This document shows positions 47,001 through 58,622 of a DNA stretch of 64,000 nt, in pieces. The translations under genes were made by a program, and so were the position numbers. This stretch comes from Antedon mediterranea. Lineage: Eukaryota > Animalia > Echinodermata. The first letter of the stretch is position 1. Every line of letters begins with the position of its first letter. The notes under the pieces are model-generated. The model was not told where the DNA came from, did not search any database, and saw only the letters and a list, made by a program, of their open reading frames with translations. The stretch spans positions 14,556,795-14,620,794 of the forward strand of contig NC_092670.1 in the NCBI RefSeq assembly GCF_964355755.1. Direction: 5' to 3'.

Positions 47001-48627
47001 TAAATATTCATTTCCAACTAGTTTATATCCATCTAAACAATTGCACTGAATCACACCACCGTGCTTGATCGAACCATTAAAACTACCATTTAAAAGTGTT
47101 AGTTGACAATCGGCTATAAGAAAAACATGATAGAGAATTATTGAAATTGTGTTGCTTATTTCAAGGAAATCTAACGAAAGGACACTTAGCTCGCCTTGCC
47201 AAGATAGGAATACACGTAACAGTTCTTCGATCTTATGTGTGAGACGGCGACAAATAATAACATTGTTTTTTTAATCTGTTATATATAGCTCATTACAATG
47301 AAATGTGACCCTTAAGTTTATTAATCATTTATCGAATTAAGTTATAAAATAATGCAATTATAACAAAAAAATACAATATTAATTACGTCTTACTTTTGTT
47401 TCTCCTGTAAGTCATTATACATCTTCCGATATTAGAATCATTTTCTTCAACTGCTAAAAATGCAATAAATAATAAAACTATTGTATCAATATAGGTGACG
47501 CAAGATGCAATGGAAGGAATTTGGATAACGTCATAATTTGGTAAAGTTATCCACGTCGCATGGCATTTATGCAAATAAACCCAGGTGAGCATACGTTCAA
47601 CAACGATTACGTTATCATTAGCTCATTTACGCATACTGCCGTTTCATTTTTCACAAAGTTATGTAATATATTTATATAATGGGTGTGGCTTAAGTAATGG
47701 CAACCTTGTATTGTTTAAATTATATTTTATATAGTTCCGTGGTTTTGTACATGTCATAAGCTTTAATTTAATACCAAACTTGCCAAATTAATTTGATTTC
47801 TTAAATTTTCCCACGAAGTTATGTAATATATATTAGGATGGGGCTTTGATTTAATTTGTTACCTAACTTGCCATATTTATTTATTTATTTATTTAATTTG
47901 TTCACAAAGTTATGTAATATAATAGGTGTGATTTTTATGACGTTGTTATATTGTGAAATTATATTTTTCTAATTTTACTGGTACTGTACATGTCATAAGC
48001 TATAATTTGATATTAGACTTGATATCTATATTTATGTAATTTATAGTTTTTTTTATTTTCACATAGCTACATAATAATATTTAAAAATGAGGTAATTAAA
48101 TTGTTCGAATTGTCAGGCACCCCTTCTAGAATTGTTAGTTAGGTCCTAAAGAATGTTTCTGTTAAGTTTGATGCTTTTGTCACAAAGTGCACAAACTGGC
48201 CAAAAATATGACCTAAGCGACCAGAATAATATTATCTCTAGATGGGCTTTTCGAGATTATTTATAAACCAATAAAATATAGACATGGAGGACTTGTCTTC
48301 GTGGTGGGCTCCTTTTTGATATTACACGAAACCAATTAAATGAGATGGGCGTTAATGGCTTCTTTTCAAGACTTTACAGCACTGTTGGTCTAAACAACGT
48401 CTCTTTTAAGTACTGTAGATTATTCTGATCTGATAAACGTAGAATCATATAAGTTATCCATCCATCAAACTTTGTTCGTCAATCCGCCAACACTCATAAA
48501 GACAAAAAAAAAGATATAACTTACCATTAGACCGTATCATACTCGTGGGTTGTGGGAGTGTAGTCCCAAACACACAGGAGTTGATCATCAGGAAAAACCA
48601 AGGAAATAGAATCATTATTTTCTTCAT
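29050..48627 (-). CDS. Secreted multi-Sushi (CCP/SCR) domain protein, about 10 CCP exons
   Basis: Signal exon 48627-48525 (MKKIMILFPWFFLMINSCVFG). Phase-1/1 CCP exons at 47113-46955, 44521-44357, 44224-44060, 43892-43728, 43091-42927, 42662-42498, 42365-42201, 42068-41904 and 39054-38890 (pattern C..NG..G..I.FTCD.GY.L.G...I.C..G.Y....C). A divergent CCP exon at 29534-29382. Tentative last exon 29111-29050 (GFYQWFCACDCCNHGYRCW*). The 3' end of the model is low confidence. Confidence 0.75.
31170..35253 (-). mobile_element. Internally deleted DNA transposon, Sola(2)-like
   Basis: TIRs GGCTCGGGCTCAGTATA / TATAGTGAGCCTGAGCC. 4-bp TSD TCCT/TTCT; the empty site is seen in the paralogous Helitron sequence at ~29775-29795. 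The superfamily call comes from the 4-bp TSD and recalled protein motifs. Confidence 0.7.
32083..33618 (-). pseudogene. Frameshifted, truncated transposase N-terminal exons
   Basis: MVKSQAKIQAAYRERQK, SPRSKANQDLRNAG|, FMERDDNSRM, KYKSENP..VSFSSFKKIR..RNTSLCQKHQNFALQL. Frameshifts near 33415 and 32390. No DDE domain is seen. Confidence 0.7.
36465..36520 (-). pseudogene. Relic 3' half of a Sushi exon
   Basis: Translates PGQYSSPNPECK followed by a G|GTGGGT donor. The flanking sequence is paralogous to 29260-29700. Confidence 0.55.
36800..38060 (+). pseudogene. Decayed LINE (CR1/L2-like): ORF1 and AP-endonuclease fragments
   Basis: RRNNIRFVGL..PGEN (ORF1). IPGYTL..SR..GGGVA.Y..SESFFIEI..IILGVVYR (APE). 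Confidence 0.75.
38200..38740 (+). mobile_element. 3' fragment of a Penelope-like element (GIY-YIG C-terminus + pLTR)
   Basis: PVATHF...HSLSDITI.G...RRIIEERII.KLGTL..GIN* followed by a hammerhead motif and AATAAA. Confidence 0.75.
38665..38707 (+). ncRNA. Minimal type I hammerhead ribozyme
   Basis: TTTTCAC-CTGATGA-T-GGGC tat GCCC-GAAA-CATG-TC-GTTAAAA: intact core, stem II, palindromic stem III, and stem I with one mismatch. Confidence 0.75.
39089..39422. mobile_element. Kolobok-like MITE with TTAA TSD
   Basis: TTAA|AGATGTATTTTCCCCC...GGGGGACAATACATCT|TTAA. The empty site AGCTTAATAGTGGGG is present in the paralogous intron at ~44549-44563. Confidence 0.8.
40336..40865. mobile_element. PIF/Harbinger-like MITE
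   Basis: CTG|GGGTGGATTGCTATAA...TTATAGCAATCCGCCC|CTG with a 3-bp TSD and subterminal GTCTTA/TAAGAC repeats. Confidence 0.8.
41720..41791 (-). pseudogene. Truncated Sushi pseudo-exon
   Basis: Acceptor followed by NFASFIRIANGRFSASYTHG*. The first Cys is lost and there is an in-frame stop. Confidence 0.65.
44890..46230 (-). mobile_element. Diverged relative of the 1.15-kb non-autonomous rolling-circle unit, inverted
   Basis: Reverse-complement blocks shared with 10079-12388 (ATGATGACGTCA..CATGAGAAAGATAATT, GGAGATGCGCTCTATT, ATTTTAAGTCG). Terminal hairpin GTGATCATTT-tattct-AAATGATCAC at ~46197-46222. Confidence 0.6.
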
Positions 48628-49110
48628 TTCAGTTTATGTATAGTCAGCACATACATACGAAATGATGAAATGGTTGATTTCCTCCGACAACATCTTTATG
48701 TTTAAAAAAAAACAGTATGCATAATTAAAACCAAAGGATTGGAAATGTGATGTTTAATTCATTTTCAAAAACAATAATTGTTTTATTAATGATTATGATT
48801 CTCGAATACACAGATATTTCAGCGTAAAGAAAACTGGCGACTTCAAATGAACGTACCGCAGCACAATACTAATTAGTAATTGTCGTTTACAGAAACGAAT
48901 AATATATATTGTTAGTAATTATTATTTAATACAAACGTTGAGAAGCAACTGTCAGTAATAAAGTGTATTTGTATATTATGTATTTATAATCAAACAGTGG
49001 CTTACCCACACACACAGTAATAAAGTGTATTTGTATATTATATCTAACAGTACCAACACTCACAGTAAGAAATTCGCGATTCAAATGGCGACCAAAAGTG
49101 GTTAATACGC

Positions 49111-50259
49111 AAGCCTGGGTGCAGAACAATTATTATACACATTTGCAGGAAAAAAGTATAGGAAAATTTTTTTGGGGGTTTTCTGATAGAGTATACCATA
49201 TGGAATGTCAGAAAAAAAATCCCCATCCCAGGGTCTTGGGGAAAAGTTTTTATGGCACTTTTAAATTTTGGCCTATATAACACACACAAATTCCTATTAA
49301 CATACACAAATACCTATATATAGGGGATAGGGAAAATCAATTAACAGTTTTTGTTACTTGCAGTTGTGTTTTAATGATTAAAATTAGTAGAGGCTTACTT
49401 TAATAACTACTTCTCATAGTAGTTGATGAATCAAGTCGATACGATGACATCATCATGCCAGAATCCAATAATGGTGTCCAAATTGGCGGGGAAAACAGGG
49501 TATTGCTAAACCCCCGCAAACCCTGGAAACCTAAAAAAAAACATAGAAAACCCCACCGAACCGACATAAAAGTCATTGAATCATGGAGTGTACGCCCCAC
49601 TAGGTATGTCCATGTAAAAAAAAAATTAAATTTCTACTGTTAACTACTTATTTTTGGGATAAAACATCATTTTTTTGTTAAAAATTAGCAATCATTTTTT
49701 ACCAAAAAATGATGTTTTACCCCAAAAATAAGTAGTTAACAGTAGAAATTTTATTTTTTTTAAAACATGGATATACCCAGTGGGTTGTACACTACATGAT
49801 TCAATATTTTTTATGTTGGTTCGGTGGGGTTTGCTATGTTTTTTTGGAGGTTTGCCAGGGTTTGCGGGGTTTAGCAATACCCTGTTTTTTCCGCCAAATT
49901 GGACGCCATATTGGATTCTGGCGTTATGATGTCATTGTTATCGACTCGATTTATCAACTACTATGAGAAGTAGTTATTAAAGTAAGCCTCAGCAAATTTT
50001 AATCATCATAACACAACTCCAAGTAAAAAAAAACGTTAATTGGTTTTCCCTATCCCCTATATATAGGTATTTGTGTGTGTTAATGCATTAATTGTGTGTG
50101 TTATATAGGCCAAAATTTAAAAGTGCTGTAAAAACTTTTCCCCAAGTCCCTGGGATGGAGATTTTTTTTCTGACATTCTATATGGTATACTCTATCAGAA
50201 AAAAAAGAAAAACATTTTCTATACCTTTTTCCCGCAAAATTTGTACTGCACCCAGGCTA
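49111..50259. mobile_element. Foldback MITE, ~1.15-kb near-palindrome (Academ-like TAG..CTA ends)
   Basis: AGCCTGGGTGCAG ... CTGCACCCAGGCTA. Arms of ~570 bp are complementary up to a centre near 49685. It explains the mirrored ORFs 49044-49307/50092-50340 and 49455-49643/49692-49877. Confidence 0.85.
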
Positions 50260-50873
50260 GTATTGCAATACTGTATCTTAGGCTTTAAGTTTATTCTCCA
50301 CAAGGGCCCATACATTTTCCAATTTACCTACTTGTGTTAAACCAAATAATTTGGAATGTTCCATTCATCGCTAATCAATACTTTGTATAAACGTATAATA
50401 ACGTTTAGACCGCCGTTCACATCCCTCACATTATTGTATTAATTTATAATTAATTCAACAACAAGACTATATTATTTTGTCATCTCCTCTGTTACTTTCC
50501 ATGGCTGTTCTGTAGGCCTACTAATTATGGATATAGTTAACCTTGTTCATTATTATTTTTAACAGCATTCCAGCAATAACAAGAGGTGAAATGCACACCC
50601 CGCCACGTTCACTTTCACAGGCTGCTGTGTTCTATATAAAGTACAGGTACACAAACACTTTTAACCTTAGCCTTTCCACCTTTATTAACTTTGTAAATAT
50701 AAAGGAAGGAATAGTGCCTGTAATAAAAAAAATTTTCTGTTTAGACAAAATACGTAAAATAGACATTTTTTAGGCGTAGAAAGTTTCTTGTAGTACTTAT
50801 TAGATCTTTGGTATAATTACTAAATTGGTGGCGCGCTTCTACATTGCCATCTCGAGCGATAAGATAGTTGTGA

Positions 50874-51223
50874 TCCGGGCTGGGATTTTTTTTTTCGTAC
50901 ATAAGTTGGGGACCCCGTGTGAAAGATAGTCAAACTACTTCCTAAATATAACTAAACCTAACCCTCTAAATAATCTCTCTCGTACTCTAAAGTAAAAGAA
51001 GTAGCTCATGGGATTCGAACCCCATACATCGACATGTAAAGTCCATAGTCTACCACTCGACTACACAGACTTTTCGACAGAAAGCATTTGCATTAGCGAA
51101 TTGTAGTTAGCTCAATTCTTACGTCACACCTTAAGGATATGACTAATGAATATTCATGTTTATTCTGTGACGTTTCATGAGGGGTCCCCAACTTATGTAC
51201 GAAAAGAAATATCGCATCCGGGC
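50874..51223. mobile_element. MITE with ~45-bp TIRs carrying a tRNA-like core
   Basis: TTTCGTACATAAGTTGGGGACCCC / GGGGTCCCCAACTTATGTACGAAA. Internal minus-strand TAGTCGAGTGG...GGTTCGAATCC at ~51003-51070. Confidence 0.75.
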
Positions 51224-51988
51224 TCATTCATCCGTTCTAAATGCATAAATAGAATACCAATAATCCCACTGTAATTACTGAATTTTTCAAAAATAGATGA
51301 TACATGGCAAATTTTACCATTTGGAAATACAGTACAGAAAATCAAGTGAAGAGCATGTGAATACCAAATTTAGTGACCAGTGCTACAGAAAAACGGTATT
51401 GATAAAAAAAAAATAGTGGCCACTAGGATGGATAAGAGCGACCCTGCTGAGTCCTGAGGTTTAGTGGTTATTCCTAACCCTAGATTATACTTTCCTAATA
51501 CAAGTAGCCATATTCACCAAACAAATCATATAAAAACTCAAATTTAACATTTCCCCTTACTGTATTCATTAGATAAAAAATGTTTTAATTCAAAGGGTAA
51601 GTTTTCTTTCGCCATGGTTTGTAAATACGGCACTGAGTGACTGAAACATAATTAGACTACCGGATGGTACACCACCAATTAAACAAACAATGAAGGAAAC
51701 TAAAAAGAAAGTAAAACCACCACCAATCAAGGAAAACAAAAGATAACTGGATAAACCAAATAAAAGAAACAAAAAAGGAAAAATGTAGACATTACAACAA
51801 CCTGCTCGAACCAGAAAAATTACAGAAAACGTTTAAGAATGATACAGCACTGACTTCTTAAATAAACCAGAAACACAAAAACAGAATTTTTCCTAATCAT
51901 TAATTCACAATAGCCAGACTTTCGCTAAAAACCAGCGTCAAATTCACTATTCACACTTAGGGAAATACAATTAACATTAAAAATTTAA

Positions 51989-54900
51989 GAGCCATTGTCT
52001 GTAAAAATCAAAGATTTTGTGGAAGATGTAAAAAAAATGGATTTCTCTTAAATTTTTACCATGGATAGGCACTTCAATAAAAAGCATATCTACAGCATTC
52101 ATTTTAATTGTTAGCCTTCGTTGCCATGTCAACGGCTAATTATCCAAATTTGGATGTTTTTGCCATTTTTCACAGATTCCGTATAGTGAAAAAGGATGAA
52201 CTTGTATACTTATTTTAAACCAAAAAAACTTACATAAAACAGTTTTTGTTTATTACAGCTAAACAACAAAATATTGAGTTCCATTTAATGTATAAAATTA
52301 CAAAAACATTCCTATAACTTCCAAAGTGGTATTTTTATATCAATGAGGTTTTTTTAATTTGATAGTCAATAGTTTTTTCAACAATAAACATTAAAAACAA
52401 GGCCATATAGATGGCTGCAGTCGCGTGCTCATTAGTGTTTACCGACCGACCAACCTACCAACTGACCGAAATTACTGTACATGTTTAAAAATGTTGAAAT
52501 GTAAAAACATTTATATATTTTTTTAATTTACACGTGCGTAGCCTGTCACTTTTGACGTCCTCGTATAACGTAATTTCGAGTTGAAAAGTAAGTCAAGAAA
52601 ACAGAAATCGGGCAAATAGAGTGCGCAATAACATTTAACGCGCAGTGCGCGCGCAAAAATCTGCGCACTCATGGCAATTTTGTAAACGCTTAAAATTGCC
52701 TGAAACGTACTCTTATTTCATCGAAAATAAATTTTGAAAATTTTAAGCGCGCGTACGCATGCGTTACATGCGCTACGCATGTAATTGTATTGCCATATGA
52801 TGATTTATGCCCTGAAATTTATGAGTACCAAATTTTATTTAATTGTGATTCATGGTTTTGAAGATATGATTACAAACGTGATTTCGTTAAATCGTGCGTA
52901 GACCGCGTAATTTTTTATTGCGCACCGTGAAAACATAACCACATCGATTCCTGGCCATAAGGAATATACTGTGACAAATTGACTTAGCTAGATTAAACTG
53001 ATATCAAGATAAGGTCAGAAAGCGATAAAACGCATAGTGATACCGGACCGACAGACAGACCGACAGACCGACCGACCGACCAACCGACATAGTAAACTAT
53101 AGAGTCGCGTCCACGCGACTAAAAAAACTGAGGTAAACTACATACATAGCTTTTGTGTTGCCAAGAAAATACGAAAAATACAAACAAAATAACAACAAAC
53201 AAAACACAAGAAATTAAATTCAAATATGGTTAATCCAATAATAAAATGTATTTGGCTTGCCATAATGTTACTAGAGTCATACGAATAGTTTAGATAAAAT
53301 ACGAGAATGTTTTGCCAGGTTTATTTCAATTCGTCACTCGTCACACGAACCGGGGAATCGTCATTTTGGCACGAATTTTTTTTGTATATTTCGAAAGTAT
53401 TTATTCTAAAGAACAATTGATGCAAATATCAACTGCGTATCTTATTTCATTAATTATTTTAATTATAATTTGGCGAATACTGTATGATATTATAATCATT
53501 CGTCACACGAAGCGAATATGGAATGTCGATTCGTCACTTTGTGGGAGGAAAACGCGCATCACGCACACTGTTTACACGGCTCAATAAACTGCGAATATGC
53601 GATTCGTCACTAATTGCAGGTGATCTGATTGGTTTATTACGTATCTGGAACATACCATGATGGACAATGTTCAGTCTCGCGAAGACAGATTGAGCATATA
53701 TAGGTTATAGAATATTGAACAGTATTTTACCCAGTAAAATCTGATTTATGTGGTTATTGATAAATCACCTCTATTGATGATCCTACTAAGGATAATCTTT
53801 CATTTCTGTATACACGTTTTTATTAAACAATTCATACATGTTGATGTTAGACTATTTACATACTGTATTTTTTTCTTGCTTTTTAAATTATATTGTTACG
53901 GCATTAAATTAGTTCGTCATTAAATACCTTGGTGGGCATGGCTATAAAAAATTCTATACTGTATATAGTCTGCAAAACTGTGATAGGCCCTACACTAATT
54001 ACATAGTCATAGTAATTTTATAGTCATGCGTAAGATAAAAAAAAAACGAAATTTGAAACCAATATTAAATATAAAATGTGATATTTTACATGCTGACCTT
54101 AAATGAAATTGTTATCAAAAACTTTTCATCTCGTTTATTTCATCTTTTATAAATAATAAAAATCACAAGGTACATAGCACTTTTGAATTTAAAAAGGGTA
54201 AAAATGCATTTCACACCTTCAATAGTTGTAGCATTAACATACCTGAGTATATCAATGACTTTTGATTGGTTAAATTTTGGGGAAGGGAAGTGGTGGAACC
54301 AGGATTTTGAAATAGTTATGGGGAGGGTTGGAGGTGAGGGTCTTAACAATTAAAGTAAAGATCTGAACTTAACTTTATGTCCTATCTTTTGCATTGCAAT
54401 TTTTAAATTTGGCGGACTGGGTGGGTGCAGATTGAATCCGTCTATTGGTTGGGGCAATGGTAGCGACAGTGTGGTAGTTTTGTGACAAAATTAGGGTGGC
54501 GCTTGGCTGCATGAATTTAGTTTTGTAGTTGGTTATCTTTTTGTGGTTGTGATGGGGAAGGGAGAGGTTTGGGGTGTGAGATGAGTAATCTGTTGCAAAG
54601 ATTAAAATTTACAACGATCTGGTATAATTTATTCAAATTTCCAGAGGATATAACTTGAAAATGACACTAAAACTGGGAATTACAGAATCTATAATTACAA
54701 ATATTGTTTTTTTTTTCTCACAAAACAACTAGAATTATATAAAACAATAAGAATTGTTCTGACCAAAGGGTTTATAATCAGATAATCAAAGAAAACAAAA
54801 TGTTTTTACTAATATACCATGTTTTTTTAAAATAAAAATGCCTATATTTCTGGTAACATCGCTTACCCCAGCATTTTATTTTAGAAATCACTTATTAAAC

Positions 54901-55364
54901 ATTAGACCTACCTATTTGTAATAAATCAGCTTAAAAAAATACACCACTTTGGGCGTTATGGTGAAGTAATGTTTAGTTGTTTTTAACAATTTAAACAAAC
55001 TAAAAAACACCCCTTTTTAAATAAATGGTATCTCCCAAACTATGAAATTAAAAATATTTTTAAAAAATGAAATGGGTACATAATGCATTGATATTATGCA
55101 TACACTTATTATTTTTTATAATTGGATGAACAAAAAAAAATATCGTTCATTAAAATACTACCAATATCAATTTTAAAAAACCTTAATAAAGAACAAAATC
55201 ACAAATTTGCCCGTTGCCATGGAAATATATTTGTGAAATAAAAAATATTTCATATTTGATTTTTCTCAACAGATATATAGCCATGTGCAAAATTTTAAAT
55301 AAATCCATTTTTATAGTGGGCCACTATTTTTGATTTGATCTTTTATTGTTACAGACAATGGCTC
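51989..55364. mobile_element. Non-autonomous Sola3-like DNA transposon
   Basis: TTAA|GAGCCATTGTCTGTAA...TTACAGACAATGGCTC|TTAA. GAG/CTC ends with a TTAA TSD are typical of Sola3. Confidence 0.75.
52396..53125. mobile_element. DINE-1/HINE-like non-autonomous Helentron nested in the Sola3-like element
   Basis: AACAAG start, AGTCGCGTG subterminal motif, (GACC/GACA)n microsatellite and terminal hairpin AGTCGCGT-cc-ACGCGACT-AAAAAA. Confidence 0.65.
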
Positions 55365-56226
55365 TTAAACATTCTAAGTCCTTCTACATCAGGTGGTTAA
55401 ATCAGTACCGAAAGTACGAACCAACTTTATATACCATCGAGTAAAAGTTCTAGAAGTAACGTGTGATTTACCAAATTTTGCCCATACATAAATTTATATA
55501 TAGATTACAAAATTAGGTCATCTTCTTATATCCACCTTCCAGAACACAGGACCACAAAGTATTTATTGAAAAATATTATTTATTATCAAAGAAATACATG
55601 TTTTCTTAAATAATTATATTTACCATTATCATTCAATAGAAAATGCATTAATATGATTTATACTGTAATTGAAATGTATCGTTTAATGTTTTAAGTTTTG
55701 TTGTAAATTTTTGTTCACTTGTATATGTTTTGTTTAATGTCGTCCCTGTCACAAAGCATGTTGCTTTTTAGGTGATGCTACCATTACTTTTGGAAATAAA
55801 TGTTTCTATTCGGGAACGCTTGTTGTGTCCCAAAGGTGTCCACTTAATAGAGTTCTACTTTATTATAATGTATATGTATTGTATGTCAGTTTGTTAGAAA
55901 TTATGGAATTCATATTTAATCAATAATATCTTATTAGCTGAAGGCTAGATGGAAAACTCCGATAGAATCCGTTTAAAGGGCAAATCAATGTATTGGATTA
56001 TAGCACATGAGTTTAATTCCATCTATTCTATAAATTGCTTCATCACAATATATATTTACAGCTTCTCTTTCCCCTTTGTTGTTCTTGCTCCAGCCTTTCT
56101 GTTGTATTTCTAGATATGTATATATTGATATAGATTTTTGTAGCATACAGCTAATAGTGTCTGGAGGACAGAATATTATGCTGTAAAACTTGTCATTAAA
56201 ATACTGACTGTATACTCTTGTTGTAG

Positions 56227-58035
56227 GTTGGAACTGTTGATCCTGTTAAAGATATCAACACCATTATTGCTCAGAATAAAGGCAAAGAATTTGAAAAAGG
56301 TAGATGTTTGTTGGTTCTCTAATTGTGGGGAATGTGCTGTGTGGCGCTCATTCAAATCAAATCTAACAACAGGACACTGAGCTCGCCAAGATAGAAACTC
56401 ATAACAGTTCTTTGATCTTATGTCTGACTGTGCTACATTATTGTTCTTGCAATCTTCAAATAAATTATTTTATTTTTATAGTTTGTGATGAGATGATCAA
56501 GCAAATAAATGAATTACTAAAGCAATCTTTTGGGAAAAATATCCATGGAAAAGTAATGGATTGCACCAAAGCTCTCCGGCAGGAATGTTGCATATTTGAC
56601 CATTCCTACATCTTCAATGAATTCCTGAAGGATTTAACAATTACACTTCCCACATTGTTGAAAGGAGACTTCTGGCAAGAAATTCAGAAAGGTACTGGAA
56701 AAATATTTGTCAACACAAATGGAAAAATTAATTGTTTAACATACTGATATACTGTACATTGGAACCCCTATTAAATGGACATAGGCCCAATCTCTTACTA
56801 GATTCTGAATAGAGATTGACCGTAGTGTTAAAATATCCATTTTCCCTTGTTTGTTTTATGAGAAAGTATTCCCAGGAGTTCCTTACTGTATATTACATAT
56901 ATACACATCAATTGGCCACAGCACTCACAGAGAGGAGCTCCCAGTGTTATCTACTTTTGGAATACTGAATCTACTGAGGTTTTTTCCTGTTCATGTGTTT
57001 ATGGAACCGACAACTTAACATGGAGTGGAGTTGTGGCTTGGTGGTTATGATGCTTGATGCTGCCACTCCAAGGGTCCTGGGTTCAAGTCCCGTCACATGT
57101 CAGGATTTTTTCTAAGGACAAAAATTACAACTCCACTCCCAAAGACTTGTAATAAGACTTTGTTTATGTAGAGCATCTTGTGTATATGTTTGTCTTGTGA
57201 ACCTCTGAGTGACCCTAATGATCAGCAATTTGCTTGATGGATCACCCTCATTAAATATGGTTAAAAAAACCATTCCCTTTGAAGGACAAGACAATGAATT
57301 TAAAGCATCTAGCCCGACATGAGTCAAATTCCATCAATCTCTCATATCAACCTTAAATGTTTTTTAAAATAATTAAATGTGCAATTGTCTTATAATATTG
57401 AAACAACAGAATTTCAATATTTTGATAACATGTTTGTTCCCTTCTTTCTAGCTGGCGTCACACTAATAGCGAGCAGTGAATGCAGCACAAGTTCTGTAAC
57501 AAAGGATGCTGCAATTCAGGTAATTTGCTAAATTAAAATATAGAATCATCTTGGCTTTGGACAATTACTTTCAAATCAGATTACTTTTAAACTTTTTCTG
57601 CGTTATTTTTTCAGTTTCTTCAAGAACAAAAGCAAGAAAATGATGATCAGACTGCTGTTGCTCCCGAGGAAGATGAAGATGACTTGGTGAATATTAAATT
57701 GTTTTTCTTATACTTGCAATATTTGTGCAGCTTCGTGTCAAATCTGGCAAACACAAGAGTTGAAATATAATGACCCTGCCTGTGTAACTATAATCTCTTC
57801 AGAGCAAAATATTAGTTCATACTACCCCCAAACACTAGAGGGTGCTATAAAAATGTTTGTAATATTTGTTTAACTACTGTGTGCACACACAGTAAACAAG
57901 AACAGGATACGCAGTAGCATTTGATCACTAAATATAAAGTACTGCTATATTCTTAACTGCAAAATGTTTAACTTTGCTTATGTTTGTTTCCATTTGTTCC
58001 TAAATGCTTTTTTTTTTCAGTTGGACATGATGTAA
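56227..58035 (+). pseudogene. XRCC5: Partial Ku80 copy, C-terminal five exons only (145 codons + stop, frames and splice sites intact)
   Basis: Exons 56227-56299, 56482-56691, 57452-57519, 57615-57686 and 58021-58035, ending EEDEDDLLDMM*. No upstream Ku80 exons were found. Confidence 0.85.
57022..57273 (+). mobile_element. tRNA-derived SINE inserted after the duplication
   Basis: A box TGGCTTGGTGG, B box GGTTCAAGTCC and an A-rich tail. Absent at the paralogous site 20857-20885. Confidence 0.85.
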
Positions 58036-58304
58036 TAATTTTCCAAAAGATGTATGGGAAAATGTATAAGATTAATTTTTGAATTTGTTAATTAACTAGA
58101 AATGTGTACAGTATTACTCTTTCAGTATTCTGTATTTAGTTTAGAGATTTGATATATTTTGTATATAAATTCCCTCTTATATTAAATAAACTGTGATGAT
58201 TGTACAGTTGAATAAACTGATCAAACTGCTATGCACTAAACTGTGCTATATCCGCTACATTGTGACATACATTTTCATTTGTACAAAATACAGTTGCATA
58301 CTGG

Positions 58305-58622
58305 TTTTTTTTTACCCAGGGCCTATCCAGATCAGGAGACAATACCCACTCGAATAGTGTACCAAGTTCTTTTAACGTGCGCACGACCTACAGCTTTATG
58401 TCCCATCCGAATGAGAAGGCAAATGAGAGTAAAGTATCCTGCTTAAGGATACACTCATTATGGCACAGGCAGGTTCGATTCGATCCTTTACCATTATGCC
58501 ATATAACTCTATGGAAGGTCTACATAACACTTTTATGCCTAGACGGTCTCCCATCCAAATAATTTTCCCAGCCCAACGTTGCTTACACTTCACTGATCTG
58601 ATGAGAACCAGTGTTTTCAATG
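58305..58622 (-). mobile_element. Second copy of the 5S-headed SINE, within the duplication
   Basis: Paralogue of 22015-22350. Confidence 0.7.

Larger units (their letters stand above)
48795..55504 (-). mobile_element. Fragmented Helitron family B sequence interrupted by several insertions
   Basis: Family blocks at 48795-49110, 50260-50400 and a 5' end at 55385-55504 (...AAATTTATATATAGA|T). That these are one element is inferred from order and orientation. Confidence 0.55.

Noticed and set aside
51003-51070. tRNA gene (also 57022-57095)
   Set aside because: A/B boxes are present, but there is no convincing acceptor or anticodon stem, and both lie inside repeats.
51590-54600. Short ORFs 51590-51772 and 54140-54349 as genes
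   Set aside because: They are compositionally biased, have no recognisable motif or consistent exon chain, and lie in or beside transposon sequence.
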